The position numbers and the translations under genes are program-made. From Eledone cirrhosa (taxonomy: Eukaryota), in NCBI GenBank assembly GCA_964016885.1, contig OZ024743.1, forward strand, positions 243,474,001 to 243,538,000: a stretch of 64,000 nucleotides of DNA, read 5' to 3'. A model generated the notes under the pieces. That model made no database searches. It saw only the letters and a list, made by a program, of their open reading frames with translations, and was not told where the DNA came from. Positions 38,628 to 51,048 of this stretch are shown piece by piece; position 1 is the first letter of the stretch; each line of letters opens with the position of its first letter.

Positions 38628-39011
38628 GTTAGTATATTCCTTTTCTTTTTTACCGATTTCAGTCATTGAATTGCAACCATGCTTTGAGAGGTTTAGTCAA
38701 TTATATAATGCTTTGTCTGGTACTTATTTTAACTTGTAAGGGGACAAATGGCAAAGTATACTTGGATATAAAGAGATGTGACTGATCAAAATCAAACACC
38801 ACAAGATATTTTAGTATACACATGATGATGGTGACTGATTCTGCTATCTCTTTCACACACACAACTTTGCTAAACTCTAACCTTACAAGCAAGTCTAAGT
38901 TCCTTATAATCAGCAAACTTAGAATCCTTCAATGATATAACTGAATGCACTTGTTTTGTCTTTCTTCTTCTTTAAACACTCACTTGTATAGCTTAAGCCT
39001 TTAGCATTTAC

Positions 39012-41976
39012 AGACAATCACTTGATCACCTATAGATCGGGGGAACACACAAGCCAGGTAGATTATATCCTTACCAGAAGACGTGACAGAGTGTCTGTTG
39101 TTAACACTAAATCCCTCCCCCATGAAGAATTCACCTCCCAACATAGACTGATAATTAGCGACCTCATAGTCAGGACGAGACGTACTAGACAGCTGAAGAG
39201 GACTATCCTCAGGAGAAAAATATGGAAGCTAAAGGACCCCATAGCCAGAAATAAATTTCAAAGCATATTACTTGACGCTTTCGACAGTAAGGAAGAGCAA
39301 TTAGAGTCGTATAATATAGAGGAACAGTCGGAATTCCTGAGAGCAAACCTGCTGACGGCGGCAGACGAAGTCTGTGGCTGGAGCAGGCCTGTAGGTAGGA
39401 GGAGAGTAACATGGTGGTGGAACAGTAAGGTGGAGGAGTCAATTAAGGCCAAAAAGCAGGCTTGGAAAGCATGGCGGGATGGGGGAAGTAGAGAAGACTA
39501 TCAAGTGGCCAGGAGGGAAGCTAGGAGACAAGTGTACTTCGCAAGAAGGGAAGCAGAGGAAAGAAAGTTCAAGCATGTTCTACAACGTGAGGACCAAAAA
39601 CGTGAGGTGTTCAGGATTGCCAGGCAATGTGTCAAGGAAAACCGTGATATTGTCGGGGAGAAGTGTGTACTTAACGATGATGGCATACTTGCCATCACCG
39701 ACGCTGATAAGAAGGTAGCTTGGAAGTGTCACTACGAAAGGCTTCTAAATGAGGAGAACAAATGGGAGAAAGACAGTCTCCCCCACATCGACCCAATAGA
39801 GGGACCAGCAGTGTTAGTCCAGGGTAGTACAATAAGCAAGGCAATCAAAGATATGAAGACGGGTAAGGCGGCTGGTCCTTCGGAAATAGTTGCTGAGATG
39901 CTGAAGGCATCTGGTTCGGTGGGACACACCATGGTCACCCGGATAGTTAACCAAGTCGTACAGAATGGGGTTGTTCCGAAGGACTGGCGTAGCAGCATCA
40001 TCGTTAACTGCTATAAGGGAAAAGGAGATGCCCTAGATAGGAGTAACTATAGAGGCATTAAATTAATCGACCAGGTCATGAAGGTCACGGAAAAAGTAAT
40101 AGCGCAACTAATTAGAGAGAGAATTGATCTAGATGAAATGCAGTTCGGATTTGTGTCAGGCAAAAGTACCACAGACGCTCTTTTCATTGTACGACAACTA
40201 CAGGAGAAGTACCTAGCTAAAAGTAAACCCCTATACTTAGCTTTCGTCGACTTGGAGAAAGCCTTCGACAGAGTCCCCCGTTCCATTATCTGGTGGTCTC
40301 TTAGAAAACTAGGTGTCGACGAATGGCTTGTGAGAGCTATACAAGCCATGTATAAAGAAACAGTCAGCAAGGTTAGAATTAACAACGAATATAGTGAAGA
40401 GTTTAGCGTAAAAGTTGGTGTCCATCAGGGCTCTGTTCTTAGCCCCCTACTATTTATTATTGCCCTTCAGGCTATAACAGAGGAGTTCAAGACCGGCTGC
40501 CCATGGGAACTCCTATACGCAGATGATCTAACGCTCATAGCTGAATCAATGACCGAACTAGAGAAGAAATTCCAAACATGGAAGCACGGCCTAGAATCAA
40601 AAGGCCTTAAAATTAACCTGGCTAAGACTAAAGTTCTAGTTTGTAGGAAAGAAAATAAGGTGGCAGTCCCATCTGGGAAATGGCCATGCTCAGTGTGTAG
40701 GAAAGGCGTAGGTAGAAACTCCATTTTATGTCCCAAATGCAAAGTATGGGTGCATAAAAGATGTAGTGGGATCACAGGTAAGCTAACTAAGAACATAGAT
40801 TTTACATGTGGCCGGTGCTCTGGTGCAATAAGTAGCAGCAAGTGCCCACTAAATACTAGCTCCTTCAATTGCGCAGAGGGTTCTATAGAAATAGTGGACA
40901 GCTTCCGTTACCTGGGTGACAAAATCAGCAGTGGGGGAGGGTGCTCTGAAAGTACAGTAGCTAGAGTCAGAACTGGATGGAAAAAGTTCAGAGAGCTTAT
41001 ACCACTATTAGCCGCTAGAGGGTTCTCCCTAAAAATGAAAGGCAGGTTATACGATGCCTGCATACGAACAGCAATGCTGCATGGCAGTGAGACCTGGGCA
41101 TTGTGTGCAGAGGATATACGCAGACTAGAGAGGAACGAAGCTTGCATGCTCCGCTGGATGTGCAATAGTAATATACGTGAACGGCAAAGCATAAACGAAC
41201 TAAGGAAAAAATTAGAAATAAGAGGGATCAGATGTTGTTTACTCGAGAGAAGGCTACGTTGGTACGGTCACGTGATGCGCATGAAAGATGACAGATGTAT
41301 AACAAAGTGCAGGGCAATAAAGATAGACGGTAGCCACGGAGTAGGCAGACCCAGAAAAACATGGGACGAGCTGATAAATTCCGACCTCACACGCTTACAC
41401 CTCTCCAAGACAATGTCACTTGACCGAGACCTTTGGCGGTACTCAGTAATAGAGAAGACCCGCCTTACCTAAATACAAAGTAAAAACCTACTACAGTCAG
41501 TAGGCATCTCTATCAAAACACCCCCCCGTCCCACCACCTCCACCCCATCCACACCGCCCCTTTCAATGTAAAGTTATGTTAGTCCCACAACATCCAGGCC
41601 GAAACAAATGAGATCGTGTAGGTGTCACGACAAAAAAACACAGTCCACGCTGTAAATGTGGCCGTGTAGGCAACACGGTAAAAACCTCCCAGCCCCACAC
41701 TGTAAATGTGGTTGGTGTTAGGAAGGGCATCCAGCTGTAGAAAACCCGCCAGACAGTCCACGCTGTAATGTGGCCGTGTAGGCAACACGGTAAAAACCTC
41801 CCAGCCCCACACTGTAAATGTGGTTGGTGTTAGGAAGGGCATCCAACTGTAGAAAACCCGCCAGACAGTCCTATGCGAGCAAGACAACCACTCTTGCCTC
41901 AAGTGGGAAAACCCCCGTCCAAACCCATGCAAGCGTGGAACACGGACGCTAAACCTGATGATGATGATGATGATGA
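39012..41976 (+). mobile_element. Second young RTE LINE copy, more 5'-truncated, ORF open to 41472
   Basis: Nearly identical to 32823-35792; sits inside a TTAA MITE (38994-42175). Confidence 0.96.
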
Positions 41977-42916
41977 CTACTCTATATTTACTATTGTATT
42001 TTCACAGTAAACACTTTATTTCACATAATTATCTCACATTATATCAAATCTATGAAATTTTGATATTATTTATTTTGAGAACAATACCTAAACATCAGTA
42101 TGAGTAGCCAGTGTTGACAGAAAGAGATGAGAGAATTCTGGCCCGATACAGCCGGTTTAAATGCTAAAGGGTTAAAGTGGGGTTGCCATTGAACCCAAAA
42201 CTTTATTTAACCTTTAATGGGTTACCAATGAAAGCTCTATCGTGGGTTTTTTTTTCTAAATTGTGCATCGTGTCACACTAGCGTGCTGTGAAAAAAAATT
42301 ATTTTAAAAATACGTGAAAAATACAAGCAAAAATTCTAAATATAAAATTCAGATTCTTGTACTCCATAATTTTATGTAGTTTAAATGATCTCTAATTGTT
42401 GGCTAAAATATACAAATAATAATCATCATCATTTAACGTCTGCTTTCCCTGTCATCAAGGGTTAGATGAGCCTTCACAGACCAAGTTAGTACTGAGGTTC
42501 ACCTGCTTACATCCCAGACTGGCTGGGCACCCACATTTTTTGCTTACATATGATTTCACACTCTACCAAATGCATTTTATCACGGCACCAACGCTAGAGG
42601 AGCTGTCGTGTTTTGACACAGCTGAGGAGGATTCATCTTTTTATTACAATTTTTTTTACTTTAAGCGAAATGAATACCAAAATATTTATGTTTGTTCTTC
42701 AGTGTATGAGAAAAGGAAACGATTGATGTGTCAGTTTTTAGTATAGGAAGACAAGTGAACTTGATAGAGTATGACCAGAAATCATAGACCCAAGTAATTG
42801 AATATATGTAGTATTGAATGTGGCACCCAATTTCTATTCTGTTAATATACCATTTAGCCAGTAGCTGATGAGATATTTGTTGAAGATTAGATTAAGAGCT
42901 TGTGGTTGTGAAGCCT

Positions 42917-43280
42917 GGGTGAGTGAAGGTACTCCTATAGCTAGTGGTTGGTGAGTGAAGGTACTCCTATAGTTAGTGGTCGATGAGTGAAGGTACTTCT
43001 ATAGTTAGTGGTTGATGGTTGAAGGTATTCCTATAGTTAGTGGTCAGAGATTGAAGGTATTCCTATAGTTAGTGGTCGGTAGTTTAAGGTATTCCTATAG
43101 TTAATCATCGGTTGAAGGTATTCCTATAGTTAGTGGTTGGTGGTTTAAGGTATTCCTATAGTTAGTGGTTGGTGGTTTAAGGTATTCCTATAGTTAGTGG
43201 TTGGTGGTTGAAGGTATTCCTATGGTTGGTGGTTGAAGGTATTCCTATAGTTTGTAGTTGTAGTGTGTTGGTGAATGAAG
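42917..43280. repeat. ~32-bp minisatellite (GAAGGTATTCCTATAGTTAGTGGTTGGTGGTT), ~11 copies
   Basis: Visible periodicity. Confidence 0.9.
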
Positions 43281-43516
43281 GCTTGCTGAAATTAAACTCC
43301 CTTTCTTTCAATATCCTAAACTCATGATCCTTTTGTTATCATCCTACACATCCAGATAATGATTAAATCACAAATAATAATAATGATTTTGCTATTAACC
43401 ACAAGAGTTTACAAAAAGATCAAGGATGGTACAAAATAATATAGTATATAATAGGCTTCGAAAAATAAATTACTCTCCTACAAAAAACTGTCTCTTTTGA
43501 GCAAAAAAATGTTTGT

Positions 43517-43732
43517 TTAACCCTTTAGCATTTACATTAGTCTATATATACTATTGTACTTTTACAGTAAATTCTTTACCTTACATAATATCGAATCTAT
43601 GAGATTTTGATATTATTTATTTTGAGAAGAATACCTTAACATCAGTATGAGTGACTGGTTACAGCCAGTTTGAACAGAAAGAAGTGAGAGATTTCTGGCC
43701 GGATGCGGCCAGTTTCAATGCTAAAGGGTTAA
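43517..43732. mobile_element. TTAA-flanked piggyBac-like MITE (TIR CCCTTTAGCATT); other copies 38994-42175 (interrupted), 48503-48713, 57480-57707, 58849-59050
   Basis: TTAACCCTTTAGCATT...AATGCTAAAGGGTTAA termini and shared ~210-bp body. Confidence 0.85.
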
Positions 43733-44310
43733 AGGCCCTTGTTGAATCTCAACAGGCAGAAGACCCGATAATTATATTTACTGTGCAAACCATCAATAAT
43801 AATAATTACAATAATACTTGCCTGTAGTAGTGTAGCTAGAGGGGGGCGAAGAGGGCAGTCCGACCCGGGCGACACTTTTATGAGGGCGGCACTTTTAGGT
43901 CTGCTGTAGGCTATAAGCATTCTTTTAATGCAGCAGCATAATATTATAATTGTACACATTCGTATTACAACTTGAGGTCTTGTACTTGTGTAAGAAATCA
44001 TTATAATTGTACACAGACTAGTTAATATATATATAACTGCAAGATATATATATAATTCTGAAAGGCTAAAATGAATCACTAGAGTTGATTTAGCTTCGTT
44101 CCAGTCATCGATCCATACAAATTTTATGAAGGTATTTCAGCTACCACAACACATTTACTTTGTTATTCTCCTACCATGCTGACTCTGTCTCTGTCTCCTC
44201 TACCATGCTGACTCTGTCTATTTTTCCTCTACCATGCTGACTCTGTCTCTGTCTATTTTCCATCAAAGGCTACAGGCCATGACTGGCTATTATTATTAAT
44301 ATTATTATAA

Positions 44311-44500
44311 AGGGCGATGGATTGGCAGTATCAGTAGAGGGTCGGACGCCATGCTTTCCAGCATAATTACATCCCTTTACGATCTGAGTTCAAATCCCGT
44401 TGAGGTTGACTTTGCCTTTCATCCTTACGGGGTCGATAAAATAAAGTACCAGTAATGAACTGGGTAATTTCTGGCCTTGTGCCTAAAGTAGAAACAATTA
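44311..44500 (+). mobile_element. tRNA-derived SINE with Nin-like central domain
   Basis: B-box GAGTTCAAATCC followed by GACTTTGCCTTTCATCCTTACGGGGTCGATAAAATAAAGTACCAG. Confidence 0.7.
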
Positions 44501-44519
44501 TTAATATTATTGTTGCTGT

Positions 44520-47500
44520 ATTCTATCGGCTACTTTGCCATGCTGTATTCTTTCGGTCAGTTCTATCGCCTTGACGGCGACCCTTCTCTCTATCTTACAA
44601 TTTCCCTCCCACCCACCCCCTCACACAACCATAGCCTATTTGACCAATCAAACCTCAGCATGCCATTTGTTCTGCTACTACTACCTAACTAACTCTCTCC
44701 TCCCCTGTCCCAGCCCAACACACCCTGCCATTATTCCACCACCACTGTTCTTCTAGCCCTGAATCTTCCTACCGTTATGGATGGATGAGCTGAGAATAAA
44801 TTTGAGCAACTCTGAATTAATAGATGAAATATAAATCCGCGAGCTACCAAGCACCCATGTGAAGCGCCAATCCAGAGACCCTTCCCTACGAGTGTCGACA
44901 AATGCTCAAAACTCCGAGTTGGTACCATCAATGTAAGCACAATGAAAGGAAGAGCAGGAGAAATCGTAGAAATGCTAGAGCGAAAGGAAATTGATGTATG
45001 CTGTGTGCAAGAGACTAGATGGAGAGGAGAGTCTGCTAGAGTCCTTGTAGGAAAAAGTCGGTGCTACACATTTTTCTGGGTGGGAAATGACGATGGGATG
45101 GGTGGTGTAGGTATACTACTAGCTGACAAGTGGGTAGATAAAGTAATCTCAGTGTACAGGGTAAATGAAGAATCATTAAACTCAGACTAGTCCTGAATAA
45201 AACAATTACCATAATAATATCAGCTTACGCACCCCAATCGGGTTGCCAGACGAACTTAAGGATAGGTTTTACGAGTCCCTAATGCACACTACTGCTCTAA
45301 CAAACGACAATGACTTCCTAGTCATCGCAGGAGATTTTAACGGACATGTAGGTAAACACTGCGACGGCTTCCATGGAGGCCATGGGGTTGGCACAAGAAA
45401 TGAGGAAGGATGCAGACTTCTAGAATTCTGCGACGCCAATGGCATGTCGATATGTAACACAAACTTCAAAAAACCCGACAACCACCTGATCACCTATAGA
45501 TCAGGGGAGCATTCTAGTCAGATAGATTTTATCCTCATCAGAGGACGTGACAGAAAAGCCTTCCCTAGTGAGGAATGTACATCCCAACATAGCTTAGTTG
45601 TCAGCGACCTCACAGTCAGAACTAGACGAACCTGGAAACAGGCCAACCTGGAGAAGAAAGATCTGGAAGCTGAAAGACCCCTCAACCAGTAACAGATTTA
45701 AAGATATTTTACTCAACGCCTACCACAGTAAAGAAGAACAGATAGAGACATTCAATGTAGAAGAGAACTGGGAGTTCCTAAAAAATAACTTACTAGAGGC
45801 GACGGATGAGGTCTGTGGCTGGAGTAAGACCACAAGCAGGAGAGTGACTTGGTGGTGGAACAATAAGGTAGATGAGGCAGTTAAGGCCAAGAGACAGGCA
45901 TGGAAAGAATGGAAGAACGGGGGGAGCAGGGTACATTACATAGAGACCAAGAGGGAAGCTAGGCAAAAAGTATACTTAGCTAGGAGGGAAGCAGAGGATA
46001 GAAAATTCAAGCATGTTTTGCAATGTGAGGACCAGAAACAGGAGGTGTTCAAGATTGCGAGGCAGTGTGTCAGAGAGAATTGTGATGTCATTGGAGAGAA
46101 GTGTATCCGGAATGATAAAGGTGAGCTTGCCCTCACAAGTGTTGAGAAGAAAGATGCATGGAAGAGTCATTATGATAGATTACTAAATGAGGAGAATGCA
46201 TGGGAAAAAGAGACCCGACCCCAAGTAGACCCTATAGAGGGGCCAGCAGTACAAGTCAGCAGCAGCGTAGTAAGTAACGCAATCAAAGATATGAAGATGG
46301 GGAAGGCAACCGGTCCATCGGGTATAGCTGCCGAAATGCTGAAGGCATCTGGGTCTGTAGGTCACACTATAACCACACGTATTGTTAACCAGGTAATACT
46401 AGAAGGTGTCATACCAAAAGATTGGTGCAGTAGCATCATTGTCAACTACTACAAAGGTAAAGGTGATGCACTAGATAGAGGAAACTATAGAGGTATAAAG
46501 CTGATGGACCAGGTCATGTAAGTAACACAAAGAGTTATAGCACAGTTGATTAGGGACCAGGTGAAACTAGACGAGATGCAATTTGGGTTTGTACCAGGAA
46601 GAGGCACCACTGATGCCCTCTTACTTGTGAGGCAGTTACAGGAAAAGTACCTAGCTAAAAGTAAGCCACTCTACCTGGCATTCGTCGATCTTGAGAAAGC
46701 CTTTGACAGAGTTCCATGTGCTGTAATCTGGTGGGCTCTTAGAAAACTAGGAGTAGATGAATGGCTTGTGAAAGCGGTACAAGCCATGTATAGGGGAGCA
46801 GTCAGCAAAGTTAGGATTAGCAATGAGTATAGCGAGGAATTTAGCATACAGGTTGGGGTCCACCAGGGCTCTGTTCTTAGCCCCCTCCTGTTCATCATAG
46901 TCCTGCAGGCAATAACGGAGGAGTTTAAGACCGGATGCCCATGGGAACTCCTGTATGCTGATGACCTCGCACTTATAGCTGAATCTATGGTAGAACTAGA
47001 GAATAAATTCCAAACTTGGAAGCAGGGACTAGAAAGAAAGGGTCTCAAAGTCAACATGACAAAGACTAAGGTCCTTGTAAGTAGACGAGAAAACAGAACC
47101 CAGATCCCCTCAGGCAAATGGCCTTGCTCAGTATGTAGGAAAGGTGTAGGTAGGAACTCCATTCTCTGCTCCAAATGCAAACAATGGGTACACAAGAGAT
47201 GTAGCGGGATCTCAGGAAGCTTAATTAAGAATGTAGGCTTCACATGCAGCAACTGTTCTGGGACAGCAAGCAGCAAACAGCTACAGGAAACAAGTACCAC
47301 CAATCTCTGGGAGGGCTCTGTAGAAACAGTAGACAGCTTCTGCTACCTAGGTGACCTAATTAGCAGCGGAGGTGGGTGTTTAGAAAGTACAATAACTAGG
47401 GTAAGAACGGGATGGAAGAAGTTTAGGGAACTACTACCACTGCTAGCTGCAAAAGGCTTCTCCCTCAAAATGAAAGGCAGACTGTATGATGCGTGTATCC

Positions 47501-48204
47501 GAACAGCGATGTTGCATGGTAGTGAGACCTGGGCGCTGAAAGTGGAAGACTTACGTAGATTAGAGAGAAACGAAGCCTGCATGCTCCGATTGATGTGTAA
47601 TAGTAATATACGCGAACGACAAAGCATAAATGAATTGAGAGAGAGACTGAGAATAAGAGGAATCAAATGCTGTGTGCAGGAGAGGTGGTTGCGTTGGTAT
47701 GGACATGTGATGCGTATGAAGGATGACAGCTGCATAAAAAGGTGCAGAGCACTAGAAGTCGATGGAAACCGCGGAGTGGGGAGACCCAAGATGACCTGGG
47801 ATGAGGTGATAAAAGCCGACCTTACCTCTCAAAGGCGATGACACACGACTGTGACCTCTGGCATCACGCAGTAATACAGAGTACCTGACCTCCCATGGGT
47901 ACAAGCTGAAGCATATAGACAATATGCCCCCACACCCCCCACTGCAAGGTGGTCGTGGAGGTGCCACAGCAAAAAAGCACCCAGCCCATACTGTAAAGTG
48001 GACGTGTAGGCGCCACGAAAAAGCACCCAGCACTCACTGTAAATGAGGTTGGTGTTAGGAAGGGCATCCAGCTGTAGAAATCAAGCCAAATCAGTTCCTG
48101 TATGAGCAAGGCATGGTCAGCCGACCAGACACTGCCCACAACAGGACAACCCGTCTAACCCATGTTAGCGTGGAAGAACGGACGTAAAACAGTGATGATG
48201 ATGA
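44520..48204 (+). mobile_element. Older near full-length RTE LINE (APE-RT-PHD) with frameshifts and stops
   Basis: ORF pieces 44942-47841 from LRVGTINV..CVQETRW through YADD to GRPK.TW; (GAT)n tail; 5' boundary approximate. Confidence 0.92.
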
Positions 48205-48358
48205 TTAAGAGAAATATGTAATTTTTGTGGGGGCCCGGGGGCAGCAAACTGAAGGGCTGCCCTGGGTGGCACACACTCTAGCTATGTCGAATCAATATCT
48301 TGAACACTTAGTTTTTTTATGATTTTTAATGTCTATTCTGTTATTTTTCTCTTTGCAG

Positions 48359-48455
48359 TATTGTCACTTTTAATAGTTCAACCAAACCCATTATTGATTA
48401 TTACAAACAATTAGGTTTAGTCAGGGAAGTTTCAGCTGAAGCAAGTGCTGATCAG
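48359..48455 (+). CDS. CMPK1: UMP-CMP kinase exon 5 (IVTFNSSTKPIIDYYKQLGLVREVSAEASADQ)
   Basis: T.PII.YY motif; ttgcAG acceptor, GTATGA donor; 97 nt restores the frame after exon 4. Confidence 0.94.
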
Positions 48456-49514
48456 GTATGACTTTACTTCTTTTCTTGTTAAATTGTTTGAAATTGATTC
48501 TATTAACCCTTTAGCATTTACATTACTCTATATTTACTATTGTATGTTCAGAGTAAAGGCTTTATCTCACATAATATTGAATCTATGAGATTTTCATATC
48601 ATTTATTTTGAGAACAATGCCTTAATGTTAGATGAGCAGCTGGTTACAGCCAGTTTCAACAGTTTCAAGAGAATTCTGGCCAGATATGGCCAGTTTAAAT
48701 GCTAAAGGGTTAACCGTTTGGTACAAAACTGCCTGAAACTGTCCCAGGGTCTAGGCAACAGAGCTCTTTATTGTCAAATGTCATATTTAACTAAAAATAC
48801 CTTCTATCAGAATTTAATGTAAGAAACTTTGTTAAGTTATGTTCCAAACAATAGCTTGATGATGAGGAAGTTAGTTATATTACAAAATACTTTTGATTAT
48901 TTTCAAAATTATTTGAAAATCATAATGTTTTTCATTAGAAATATGGTAACGAAAGGATTAACAGAATCTGTTTATTCCAGTTTATATATATCATCATCCT
49001 CATCACCTTTTAACCTCTATTTTTACACTCTTGCATGGGTTAGACGGATCGTTACATTATGACACAATTCAGGCCAGTTGACCATGTCTTGCTCATACGG
49101 ATCTGTATTTTTACTTGGTCTCTATGGCTGGATGTCCTTCCTAATGTCAACCATGTTACAGTTTGGACTTGGTACTTTTTATTGTGGCACCAAAATGGCG
49201 ATCTAACAGAGGGGACTGAGTGCTTTTACATCGTGTCACAAACACAACCACCTTACAGAGTGGACTGGGTGCTTTTTCATGTCACCAACAACACCACCTG
49301 ACAGGCAAGATATATGTATATATATATATACATATATATTATGTATGTATGTAATCATCAAATCACCAAATTATAATAATAATGACAATTTCTAACATAG
49401 ACACAAAATCATGAATTTAGGTGATTATACTGACCTTAGTACTTTATCTAATTGACTTCAGAAGGATGAAAGGCAAATTTGACAGGCTAAATACTGCAAG
49501 GTATTTTGTCAATA

Positions 49515-50740
49515 ACATCATCATTTTACATCCGCTTTTCCTTGCTTGCAAGGGTGGAACGGGTCCTTTTCAGCACAGCATCTCCCCATTCGACACGGTC
49601 CTTCATCATCTCCTCTGTGAGCTTTAGCGATCTGAAGTCAGCTCTCACCACCTCCACCCATGTTTTTCGTGGTCTTCCTCTACTGCGTCTTCCTTCCACC
49701 GGGATTTCTTGGCGCTTCTTTACCCAGCGGTCATCTTCCATGTGCATCACATAGCCATACCAACGCAGTCTTCTCTCCTGCAAACTACAGTTTATCCCTC
49801 TTATACAGTTTCACTCTCAACTCCTCTATGCTTGGTTGTTCATGCACATTGACATTGCACATCCATCAGAACATGCTTGCTTCATTTCTCTCCAGCCGTC
49901 GCATATCCTCCACAGTTGCTGCCCATGTCTCACTACCATGCAGCATCATGCATCTCACACAGGCATCATATAACTGACCTTTCGTTTGCAGGGAGAAACC
50001 CTTCGTTGTCAACAGAAGCAGCTCCCTAAACTTCTTCCATCCTGTCCTTATTATAGATCCTATGACCTCAGAGCATCTTCCTCCCTTGCTAATCTGATCA
50101 CCTAGGTATTGGAAGCTATCAACCACCTCTATAGATCCTACCTGCTTTTGAAAAACGTGCCTATCATTGACACTTCTATCAAGTTTCCCTGAACATCTAC
50201 TGCATATGAAGTTTTCTCTTCCTGTTAGTTTGTTTGCTTACCCACTACACCTCTTGTGTACCCAAGATCTGCATTGTGTACATTCTATAGAGTTTATACC
50301 AACTCCTTTTCTACATATCGAACATGGTGATTTCTCTGATGGAATCAGAGTTTTATCCTCTTTCCTACTTATCAACACTTTAGTCTTTGCTAGGTTCACT
50401 CTCAGTCCTCTTGATTCCAACTGCTGATTCCATAGCCAGAATTTATTCTCTAGCTCCTCTACTGATTCTGCTATAATTACCAGATCGTCAGCATAGAGAA
50501 GTGGTGGAGATGGTACATTTTGGTTTTCAACAGTGAAAATGCCTGCATAGCATTCAGCAATGAGTTCTGCGCATTCTTTGGGATCGTCAATAATTTGGCT
50601 TGTGTGGGGATTGCAAAGAAGACCAACTGGAGAGTGAGGTCTCTGCTTTGAATGTACATATTTCCAGAACACCTTACTGTCAGGGTTGGTTGCTATGAGC
50701 TGTTCAAATTCAAGCACTGCCTTTTTTGTCACCTGCTTGA
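49515..50740 (-). mobile_element. Chimeric fragment: CR1-like segment (50503-50740) joined to a decayed RTE 3' half (49515-50502)
   Basis: ORF 50238-50732 switches from KVFWKYV..(matches ~55225-55455) to LLYADDL..(RTE). Confidence 0.8.
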
Positions 50741-51009
50741 GAATTTTGAGAGATTTACTAACATCATTAATTATTTCATTACTAAGATAGTAAATAATTT
50801 AACATATGGTTCTTATATAAATTATGTTGAGATTATTTTTATTTAATTAGGAATCCTTTAAAACGAGTGGTTTTGTTACATAGAACCACATCTGGTTTTG
50901 GCTGGGTTGGTATCAAAAGTGTTGATCATATGTTATATTCTAATTAATTAATGAGGCTTTTCTAACTTAATATTTTGTTCTCACATTCACTTTTTTTTTT
51001 TTTTTTCAG

Positions 51010-51048
51010 GTTTTTGAGGAAGTAAAATCTATCTTTAAAAACTTCTGA
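51010..51048 (+). CDS. CMPK1: UMP-CMP kinase last coding exon (VFEEVKSIFKNF*)
   Basis: Long T tract + CAG acceptor; VF.EV..IF C-terminal helix; total protein 192 aa. Confidence 0.9.
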   Translation, partial: VFEEVKSIFKNF

